A stretch of DNA of 64,000 bases from Macrostomum lignano. Lineage: Eukaryota. The DNA is taken from NCBI GenBank assembly GCA_002269645.1, contig NIVC01000362.1, positions 186,001-250,000 on the forward strand, written 5' to 3'. Below, piece after piece: positions 54,401 through 64,000 of the stretch; position 1 is the stretch's first letter, and the number at the start of each line of letters is the position of its first letter. A model generated the notes under the pieces. That model searched no databases. It was given only the letters and a program-made list of their open reading frames with translations, and had not been told where the DNA came from. Position numbers and translations under genes: made by a program.

Positions 54401-57178
54401 GATGTAGAAGGCGATTTTGGGGAAGTAGGGATGCAGGAGGCGATTTTGGGGAAGTAGGGATGTCGGAGGCGATTTTGGGGAAGTAGGGATGTAGGAGGCG
54501 ATTTTGGGGAAGTAGGGATGTAGGAGGCGATTTTGGGGAAGTAGGGATGTCGGAAGCGATTTTGGGGAAGTAGGGATGTAGGAGGCGATTTTGGGGAAGT
54601 AGGGATGTAGGAGGCGATTTTGGGGAAGTAGGGATGTAGGAGGCGATTTTGGGGAAGTAGGGATGTAGGAGGCGATTTTGGGGGAGTAGGAGAGGATGGA
54701 TACAAGAGGCGATTATTCAGCAAAAAGTAAAGCATTTGAAATGAATTGGCAGTCTGAAAAGTAGAAGAAAAACCAGCGAGCTTCAGAAATAGAAATCCAT
54801 CATTATCGAAAACAAAAAACTTATTTAAATAAAAAAAAAATCCTGAGAAAAAAATTTACCATTTTTTAACCAAAAAAATTAACCAAAAAATCAACTCAAT
54901 CTCAATCACTTTTTGAATTTTTCGTCAAACCTCGCGCTTTCTTTTTCAACGAGTAAGGAGAAAAAATTGCAGTAGCCAATTTAAAAAGTAGGGGGCCAAA
55001 AACCAAATAGGCTCCATCCAGACTTGTCTCTGGGGGGATTCGAGGACGAAATCGGATTGCCCATTTTAATTAGCGTCAATTTCTATTCCCAAGCAATCCC
55101 GGGCAGACAATTTATGCTAATTTATTCTCCCAGTTGTAAGCTTTCTAGTTTGGGATTGAGTAGTACACAAGAAATAAGGTGGTCGCATAGAAATTAGACA
55201 GATTACTCGATTTTGGCATTTGATTCGTGCTTTTTCACTCTTGGTTTTTCGATTCTATACGCTACATTTATCTGCTAATATCGACCTACAAGAACTTATA
55301 TCTATCTGCTGGAGTTCACATCTATCTGCATCTATCTGCTGGAGCTCACATCTATCTGCTGGAGCTCACATCTATCTGCTGGAGCTCACATCTATCTGCT
55401 GGAGCTCACATCTATCTGCTGGAGCTCACATCCATCTGCTGGAGCTCACATCTATCTGCTAGAGTTCACATCTATCTGCTGGAGCTCACATCTATCTGCT
55501 GGAGCTCACATCTATCTGATGGAGCTCACATCTATCTGCTGGAGTTCACATCTATCTGCTGGAGCTCACATCTATCTGCTAGAGTTCACATCTATCTGCT
55601 GGAGCTCACATCTATATACAGTTTTATGAAAGCTACATGAATTAGAGCTTAAAGCCAACACATTAATTAGAACTCAAAAATCCAACACAGCTTCCATAAG
55701 CTGCATTAATTAGAACTCAGAAAGCCAACACAGCTTCCATAAGCTACATCAATTAGAACTCAAAAATCCAACACAGCTTCCATAAGCTGCATTAATTAGA
55801 ACTCAGAAAGCCAACACAGCTTCCATAAGCTACATCAATTAGAACTCAAAGCCAACACAGCTTCCACAAGCTGCATCAATTAGAACTCAAAAAGCCAACA
55901 CAGCTTCCATAAGCTACATCAATTAGAACTCAAAAAGCCAACACAGCTTCCATAAGCTACATCAATTAGAACTCAAAAAGCCAACACAGCTTCCATAAGC
56001 TACATCAATTAGAACTCAAAAAGCCAACACAGCTTCCATAAGCTGCATCAATTAGAACTCAAAAAGCCAACACAGCTTCCACAAGCTACATCAATTAGAA
56101 CTCAAAAAGCCAACACAGCTTCCATAAGCTACATCAATTAGAACTCAAAAAGCCAACACAGCTTCCATAAGCTACATCAATTAGAACTCAAAAAGCCAAC
56201 ACAGCTTCCATAAGCTGCATCAATTAGTACTCAAAAAGCCAACACAGCTTCCATAAGCTACATCAATTAGAACTCAAAAAGCCAACACAGCTTCCATAAG
56301 CTACATCAATTAGAACTCAAAAAGCCAACACAGCTTCCATAAGCTGCATCAATTAGTACTCAAAAAGCCAACACAGCTTCCATAAGCTGCATCAATTAGA
56401 ACTCAAAAAGCCAACACAGCTTCCACAAGCTACATCAATTAGAACTCAAAAAGCCAACACAGCTTCCATAAGCTGCATCAATTAGTACTCAAAAAGCCAA
56501 CACAGCTTCCATAAGCTACATCAATTAGAACTCAAAAAGCCAACACAGCTTCCATAAGCTACATCAATTAGAACTCAAAAAGCCAACACAGCTTCCATAA
56601 GCTGCATCAATTAGTACTCAAAAAGCCAACACAGCTTCCATAAGCTGCATCAATTAGAACTCAAAAAGCCAACACAGCTTCCACAAGCTACATCAATTAG
56701 AACTCAAAGCCAAAAACTAACCAACCAGACGCACCTGCAATTTCGCTGACAGATTTCGCAGCAGAGAGGCCAGCCGCTGAGGTCCCGCAGTCTCCGGGTC
56801 AACATCAACAAGCACGGCGGCCACTGTAGGCGGACGCCTTGAGCAGCTGGCGTTGCTGCCAAACGCCGAACCAGACGATCTGGGCAGGACTTCAACAGAG
56901 ACGCCTCCGCCCAGGTGCACATCCTTATCGCCGCTGTTCCTATCAAGCGGAACTCCTTCAATTAAGCCAGAGTCCCCATTGCGATGCAGCCAAGATGGAA
57001 GCTGTTGGGCCGACAATTCGCCAGATTTGGCTGACGCTAATCTGGCAATAAAAATTCTGCCAACCCGTGCCCGATAGCGAGGCGCTGACGTCGCGTTGCC
57101 ATGGAGACACAGGGCGGAACTGACAACGATGCAAATAATTATCAGGGCGTAGCAACGAATTTTGGCGATTATTAACAT
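45475..57178 (-). CDS. DAG1: Dystroglycan (invertebrate type, duplicated Ig-SEA module), 6 coding exons, 1274 aa
   Basis: Exons 57178-56735, 53034-52269, 50822-50359, 49461-48646, 48373-47988, 46423-45475; GT-AG, in frame, 3825 nt. Signal peptide; CADG motif LPSWLHRNGDSGLIEGVP; furin site RLRR; short P/T mucin stretch; TM TVAPACGLVLLALLVALLVACCLYKRK; beta-DG motif KHVPIIFAEELEE..SKPLILPNEKPPLPPP. Confidence 0.92.
46520..47845 (-). repeat. 27-bp minisatellite filling dystroglycan intron 5
   Basis: Sense unit GTGTTTTTAATCCCCTCTTATCTCCAG, roughly 45-49 copies. Confidence 0.97.
48491..48554 (-). mobile_element. Truncated SINE head fragment (same family as 21476 and 61917)
   Basis: ctcaaggacacaaat...ttcaagtcgagagtccgacgccccaaccac, in dystroglycan intron 4. 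Confidence 0.65.
49575..50270. repeat. 22-bp minisatellite in dystroglycan intron 3
   Basis: Unit aaatgggatttgaggggcgcct, degenerating rightwards. Confidence 0.95.
50915..52225. repeat. 15-bp palindrome-rich minisatellite filling dystroglycan intron 2
   Basis: Unit tagctagatctacag, about 85 copies. Confidence 0.98.
53055..54700. repeat. 29-bp G-rich minisatellite in dystroglycan intron 1
   Basis: Unit ggaggcgattttggggaagtagggatgta. Confidence 0.98.
55305..55615. repeat. 20-bp minisatellite in dystroglycan intron 1
   Basis: Unit ggagctcacatctatctgct. Confidence 0.96.
55630..56712. repeat. 43-bp minisatellite in dystroglycan intron 1
   Basis: Unit aagctacatcaattagaactcaaaaagccaacacagcttccat, about 25 copies. 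Confidence 0.97.
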
Positions 57179-57994
57179 CACAAAATGGGGTGGTTGAGCT
57201 GAAAATCAAAGGGTAAATCGATTTATTAATTAGCGGCAATGAAATTGATTACACAACATATCGGCTATCCAAAACTAATACTAAACTGATATTTGTAACT
57301 AATAAAATTCCGACTCAAGGGAAAATCACAAGCCGTTTCCCCAAGGGGAAAAAGGGCGAAAGTTAAAGCAGCTCCCCCTCCTCCCGAGCTAATTAAAGCT
57401 AAAAGCAGTGCCAGGTAAAATGACCAACACAAAGCAGTCTGGCACGCACTGGACTGCATATATTATAGAAAGATAAAAAGAAACCCAAGCTAACTAGACA
57501 TAATCTACTGGGCTAAGCTTTCCAATTTCTAAGCTTTGATCTGCATTCCCATTCCCGCTTCAATTCTCCTGATCAAAAGAACCCAGCTAGGCCTTGCGAA
57601 TTGTATTTTCGGCTTTGAATGCCGCTGAGCCTTACTGTAGATGCTGACTGTAACAGCCGCATATTCGAGGCTTATTCCAAGCGGAAAATAATTTTCCGTG
57701 TTTGCCTGCAACTATATAAAAGACAGCTAAGACAAAATCAAAGCCAAAAAATAGATGCAAGCATCAATCGATAGAAATCATGACTGTCACAGATGGGTAT
57801 ACAATATTACAAGGCAGATTTTTTTGCTTCTCAATATTGTTATTTGCAAAAGCATGTTATCCTCCTAGTCATCCCTCTGCGTGTGCCAGACCGTTCCTTA
57901 GATTGCCCCTACCTCTCTGCTTTTGCTTCTCCCTCTCTGCTTTTGCTTCTCCCTCTCTGCTTTTGCTTCTCCCTCTCTTCTGCATCTTTCCGTC

Positions 57995-58625
57995 TTTTCT
58001 TCTACATCTCTCCCACTCTTCTACACCTCTCCCACTCTTCTACACCTCTCCCACTCTTCTTCTACACCTATCCCACTCTTCTTCTACACCTCTCCCACTT
58101 TTCTACACCTCTCCCACTCTTCTTCTACACCTCTCCCACTCTTCTTCTACACCTATCCCACTCTTCTTCTACACCTCTCCCACTCTTCTTCTACACCTCT
58201 CCCACTCTTCTTCTACACCTCTCCCACTTCTCTTCTACACCTATCCCACTCTTCTACACCTCTCCCACTCTTCTTCTACACCTCTCCCACTCTTCTACAC
58301 CTCTCCCACTCTTCTTCTACACCTCTCCCACTCTTCTTCTACACCTATCCCACTCTTCTTCTACACCTCTCCCACTCTTCTTCTACACCTCTCCCACTCT
58401 TCTACACATCTCCCACTCTTCTACACCTATCCCACTCTTCTTCTACACCTCTCCCACTCTTCTTCTACACCTCTCCCACTCTTCTTCTACACCTCTCCCA
58501 CTCTTCTACACCTCTCCCACTCTTCTTCTACACCTCTCCCACTCTTCTTCTACACCTCTCCCAGTCTTCTACACCTCTCCCACTCTTCTACACCTCTCCC
58601 ACTGTTCTGCTACATCTCTCCCTCT
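57995..58625. repeat. 19/22-bp CT-rich minisatellite
   Basis: Unit ctacacctctcccactctt(ctt). Confidence 0.96.
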
Positions 58626-59209
58626 CTTCTACATATCTTCCTTTCTCTTTACCTCTCTGCCGTGCCTCGTATATATGTTTGGCATCCCATTTCCGTTAGA
58701 TACATTCACAAGAGCCAATTTAATTCGTACAATTCCACGCTAACTCTGTCTAATATAGCCGTACACATTGTGAGGAACAAACGCGAACAGGGATTATTTT
58801 ATGACACCCGAGTGAGCAATGGAATGAATGACTGTGTGTTACAGCGTCAATAAGCCAGCAGAATGGGATGCGGGAACAGGACTTAGCAAGAGAGCAGAAC
58901 CAGCACTAACCATGTAAAATAGTCTCATATAGCTTATTAGGCTGCTCCATCTGCGTCGGTCGGACACAGACAGAGACAGGGGAGAGCGGAGAGCCGAAAC
59001 ACAGCAATAAATAATAATAAGCTGGGCCGGCCCAGCTGCCAATGAGAGAAAAAGTCGCTTTTTATGCCATCCTAGGATTGTGAGCCATGGACGCCCAGCA
59101 AGTTCTGCACTGGACTGGATTACAGAGGACGCGTGTTGGAATTCAAAACCTTAACAAAATTAGAATATCAGAAATTTCTCAAACACGAAAATTCACAAGT
59201 CCGAAACTT

Positions 59210-61345
59210 TACAAGCCTGAAACTTCCTCACAACTCAGAAACTTCACAAACCCGAAACTTCACAAACCCGAGACTTCACAAACCCGAGACTTCACAAACC
59301 CGAGACTTCCCAAACCCGAAACTTTCCAAACCCGAGACTTCCCAAACCCGAAACTTTCCGAACCCGAGACTTTCCAAACCCGAAACCTTCCAAATCCGAG
59401 ACTTTCCAAACCCGAAACCTTCCAAACCCGAAACCTTCCAAATCCGAGACTTTCCAAACCCGAAACCTTCCAAACCCGAAACCTTCCAAATCCGAGACTT
59501 CCCAAACCCGAAACTTTCCGAACCCGAGACTTTCCAAACCCGAAACCTTCCAAATCCGAGACTTCCCAAACCCGAAACTTTCCGAACCCGAGACTTTCCA
59601 AACCCGAAACCTTCCAAATCCGAGACTTTCCAAACCCGAAACCTTCCAAACCCGAAACCTTCCAAATCCGAGACTTTCCAAACCCGAAACCTTCCAAACC
59701 CGAAACCTTCCAAATCCGAGACTTCCCAAACCCGAAACTTTCCGAACCCGAGACTTTCCAAACCCGAAACCTTCCAAATCCGAGACTTTCCAAACCCGAA
59801 ACCTTCCAAACCCGAAACCTTCCAAACCCGAAACCTTCCAAACCCGAAACCTTCCAAATCCGAGACTTCCCAAACCCGAAACTTTCCGAACCCGAAACCT
59901 TCCAAATCCGAGACTTTCCAAACCCGAAACCTTCCAAACCCGAAACCTTCCAAATCCGAGACTTCCCAAACCCGAAACTTTCCGAACCCGAGACTTTCCA
60001 AACCCGAAACCTTCCAAATCCGAGACTTCCCAAACCCGAAACTTTCCGAACCCGAGACTTTCCAAACCCGAAACCTTCCAAATCCGAGACTTCCCAAACC
60101 CGAAACTTTCCAAACCCGAGACTTTCCAAACCCGAAACTTTCCGAACCCAAGACTTTCCAAACCCGAAACCTTCCGAACCCGAGACTTTCCAAACCCGAA
60201 ACTTTCCGAACCCGAGACTTTCCAAACCCGAAACCTTCCGAACCCGAGACTTTCCAAACCCGAAACCTTCCAAATCCGAGACTTCCCAAACCCGAAACTT
60301 TCCGAACCCGAGACTTTCCAAACCCGAAACCTTCCAAATCCGAGACTTCCCAAACCCGAAACTTTCCGAACCCGAGACTTTCCAAACCCGAAACTTTCCG
60401 AACCCGAGACTTTCCAAACCCGAAACCTTCCGAACCCGAGACTTTCCAAACCCGAAACCTTCCGAACCCGAGACTTTCCAAACCCGAAACCTTCCAAATC
60501 CGAGACTTTCCAAACCCGAAACCTTCCAAATCCGAGACTTCCCAAACCCGAAAACTTCTAAGCCTGAGACTTCCCAAACCCGAAACCTTCTAAGCCTGAG
60601 ACTTCCCAAACCCGAAACCTTCCAAATTCGAGACTTCCCAAACCCGAAACCTTCCAAATTCGAGACTTCCCAAACCCGAAACTTTCTGAACACGAGACTT
60701 CCTAAACCCGAAACTTCACAAACCCGAGACTTCACAAACCCGAGACTTCACAAACCCGAGACTTCACAAACCCGAGACTTCCCAAACCCGAGACTTCACA
60801 AACCCGAGACTTCCCAAACCCGAGACTTCACAAACCCGAGACTTCCCAAACCCGAGACTTCCCAAACCCGAGACTTCACAAACCCGAAACTTCACAAACC
60901 CGAGACTTCACAAACCCGAGACTTCACAAACCCGAAACTTCACAGACCCGAGACTTCACAAACCCGAGACTTCTAAACCCGAGACTTCACAAACCCGAGA
61001 CTTTACAAACCCGAGACTTCACAAACCCGAAACTTCACAAACCCGAGACTTCACAAACCCGAGACTTCCCAAACCCGAAACTTCACAAACCCGAGACTTC
61101 ACAAACCCGAGACTTCCCAAACCCGAAACTTCACAAACCCGAGACTTCACAAACCCGAGACTTCCCAAACCCGAAACTTCACAAACCCGAAACTTCACAA
61201 ACCCGAGACTTCCCAAACCCGAAACTTCACAAACCCGAAACTTCACAAACCCGAGACTTCACAAACCCGAGACTTCACAAACCCGAAACTTTCCGAACCC
61301 GAAACTTCACAAACCCGAAACTTTCCGAACCCGAAACTTCACAAG
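59210..61345. repeat. 16-bp minisatellite, about 130 copies
   Basis: Units ccgagacttcacaaac / ccgaaaccttccaaac. Confidence 0.98.
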
Positions 61346-61916
61346 CCAGAAACACAAATATAAAAACGCAATGTTCACTTTTAGTTGTGAAAATTTGTAT
61401 AAAGAAAGAAAATTTTTCGCATTTTTCCACGCCAGCAGCTTCTAGTCCAGTGGGGAATTGTCAGGAGTCCCTGGCTCTGAGCAGAAAGAGGGGAGAGCAG
61501 AGAGTTGGGAGATGTTTCCGATAACGCAGAGGCAGGAAGAGAGGGGAAAGTAAGAGGAGGCCAGTCCGCGCACACATATTAAAGCTCCCATCCCCAGAGG
61601 AATGAGCTGCCGGTGTCAAGACCATTAACAATTCGCCTATAGACAGACCCAAAGCCAAAAGTTTTCCCACTACAATCTGATCCAGCGACTTTATAAACGC
61701 AAAGGAACATAACTGAACTTATAAACATTCTAGTTGCAAACTAAGCTAGCTCAGAGGTGCCTACAAAAACATTGATTACGTAATAATAAATAACAAGCAA
61801 CAAGGAAAGCAGAGTAAAACTGCAAAATCATTGAACATGCTGAGCATGGGTTTTATAAACCGACGATCTGTAAACATTTGACAGACAATTTGCTAATGGA
61901 ATAATAATAATAATTG

Positions 61917-62208
61917 ATTACACCTGCCCCAATTGGGCCAGATGTACAACCGACAGCTCAGCCGCAGCTATTGCGCGGCGCATCTGAAGGCTGCGTACGG
62001 CTGTTCAGTCCAAGGACTGGGGGGGGGGGGGGGGGTGTCACCACACACACCCTCAATTACCCCAGCTAATGCTGGCACCCATTTTACATCTGGGTGAACT
62101 GAAGCAATTCAGAGAGTTAACTGTCTTGCTCAAGGACACAAATCGTTCCGAGTGGGATCGGGAATCGAACCCCCGACCTTCAAGTCGTGAGTCCGACGCT
62201 CTAACCAC
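61917..62208 (-). mobile_element. tRNA-derived CORE/MIR-like SINE, copy 2
   Basis: Minus strand reads GTGGTTAGAGCG (A box)...GGTTCGATTCC (B box), then the CORE-like block and an (ATT)n tail; carries an internal G-run expansion at about 62018-62035. Confidence 0.82.
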
Positions 62209-63004
62209 CTTTTCCGTTTTTTTCTAGCAGTAAAAGATTTGCCCAGCCAGTCAAACTTATGCCTAGTCATCTTTTTAAATCAATTATTCGACAAAGACAA
62301 CATCTTCCAACTGACGTAAACTTGCCGACAAACATTCTCTAAAAGTGCTTTCTAAGAAACAAAGTCCCCCGTCCTTCTACTACCTTAAGTCGTCCTTGAT
62401 GGAAATTGTTCCACATACTTGTACTAACACATATCGCATTGATTTCTCTAGGTTCTGGGTACTCGTACTTTGGTAAGGCAGTTGGTAGTTCTACCGATAT
62501 GTAGAAGTACACAAAACACATTAGTACAGCGTCGATTCCTGAATATTGTACAATTTAATACATTGCTCAAGCAAACACCATATACACTAATGTATAATCA
62601 GATATTGATATTATGAAACTCTGTGAGATATATACACAGCCCTACAATCTAATTACTAAATAATAAAGGCTGGGCTGGGGACAGACAGCCACTTATTCTT
62701 ATAATGAATAAGATTACACACAATATGTATGTACAATAAATCATTCATGACAAAAATTCAACGCCGGCTTCAAACTAAAAAAAATATGAATTGTCATAAA
62801 TTATAACCGTAGCCCAGGAAAACCTTCGACCGGATTATCTTGAAATTGCAATGCCGACTCAGGCCTCAAGGAACTGAAAATTGATATAGGAATTCGATAG
62901 GAATATGTCATGCATATGTTTCGGGTAAAAAGTTCAAAAATCGATTTTATGGCTCAGTGAGCAGTGTTGCTATTGTAGGTTTCACTCAAAACTCAAATGC
63001 TCGA

Positions 63005-63600
63005 AACCTCACTAAGCTTGAAGGTTCACTAAGCTTGCAACTTCACTAAGCTCGAAGCTTCACACTAAGCTCGAAGCTTCACTAAACTTGCAAGTTCACT
63101 AAGCTCGAAGCTTCACTAAGCTCAAAACTTCACTAAACTCTAAGCTTCACTAATTTTGAAACCTCATTAATTTCGAAATTTCACTAAGCTCGAAGCTTCA
63201 CTAAGCTCGAAGCTTCACTAAACTTGCAACTTCACTAAGCTTGAAACTTCACTAATCCCGAAACTTCAGTGAGCTTGAAACTTCACTAAACTCTAAGCTT
63301 CACTGATTTTGAAACCTCACTAATTTTGAAATTTCACTAAGCTCCAAACCTCACTAATTTCGAAATTTCACTAAGCTCCAAACCTCACTAATTTCGAAAT
63401 TTCACTAAGCTCCAAACCTCACTAATTTCGAAATTTCACTAAGCTCCAAACCTCACTAATTTCGAAATTTCACTAAGCTCGAAACTTCACTAATCTCGAA
63501 AATTCACTAATCTTGAAACTTCACTCAGCTCAAAACTTCACTAAGCTCGAAGCTTCACTGAGCTTGACAGTTCACAAACTCTAAACTTCTCAAGCTTAAA
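63005..63600. repeat. 17-bp degenerate minisatellite
   Basis: Unit cactaagctcgaagctt / cactaatttcgaaattt. Confidence 0.92.
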
Positions 63601-64000
63601 AAACTTTCGCTAACCCTTTGCCAAAGTATTCCCAGACAGCCACTAACAAGCGTACCAACTTGCCGCTTCCTACTCTAGACTCGCCCAATGTGGAAGCTGT
63701 CTTGTTTCCAATAAAGAAGGCTACCCATTGCACCTCTCTCTCCTTTCCTCACTGAGCTTCTTCTCCAGCTTCCCAGTGGGAAATTTGAGACGCTTAAATA
63801 GAGGAGAGAGAGAGCTAACCTATATTGCGTAATAACACTAGAAAACTAACTGAATGCATTAAATATATGAGCATATATACTGCATATATACAGGCTGAAC
63901 TCAACACACATGCAGCTGCTGTTTGATGGAGTTTTGATGGCGTGACAAGCATTTTCCTTCCCTTAAATATTCTCTGCTTGCTAATCAATTATATATACGC

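Noticed and set aside
57860-57910. Minus-strand NLRNGLAH (HEPN-like Rx4H)
   Set aside because: Preceded by a low-complexity repeat and followed immediately by a stop; chance match.
59087-60976. 629-aa and overlapping 400-490-aa ORFs on both strands
   Set aside because: They are translations of the 16-bp minisatellite, open in several frames because the unit lacks stops, with no unique domain.
61917-62208. tRNA gene
   Set aside because: A and B boxes are present but there is no complete cloverleaf, and it continues into a repeated SINE body.
62339-62521. Possible isolated exon (ELPTALPKYEYPEPRE...) and other exon-like patches at 58.9, 61.5 and 63.7 kb
   Set aside because: Weak donors, no recognisable homology and no consistent frame; they could be UTR exons but cannot be supported from sequence alone.

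Overview
Eukaryotic (animal) genomic DNA with GT-AG introns; no prokaryotic features. The combination of minisatellite-stuffed introns, polyQ-rich proteins and strong acceptor sites just upstream of ATGs suggests a free-living flatworm such as Macrostomum (inference, not verified). The window has two halves. (1) 1-24 kb is a TE-rich accessory zone (Tc1/mariner remnants, a perfect 204-bp-arm foldback, an RTE-like LINE fragment, a CORE/MIR-like SINE). It holds two adjacent, intronless, co-oriented stonustoxin (SNTX)-family MACPF/CDC-like genes; one ends in a Cys-rich module plus a CaaX box. (2) 24-58 kb is a conserved gene cluster: AGPAT5 (+), then a TJAP1/BEGAIN-like gene, SHOC2 and dystroglycan (all -). 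I built exon models for all four by hand and they stay in frame. Most large introns and intergenic gaps are filled by a different minisatellite, and these generate most of the long spurious ORFs in the track. Best leads: the SNTX-like pair as a possible intracellular, prenyl-anchored two-component pore-forming system; an array of roughly 45-49 27-nt units shaped like mini-introns (GT...TTAAT...Yn-CAG) inside a dystroglycan intron; a dystroglycan tail lacking PPxY; a hairpin-forming transposase foldback; and a sharp CpG desert. All homology calls come from recalled motifs, not database searches.
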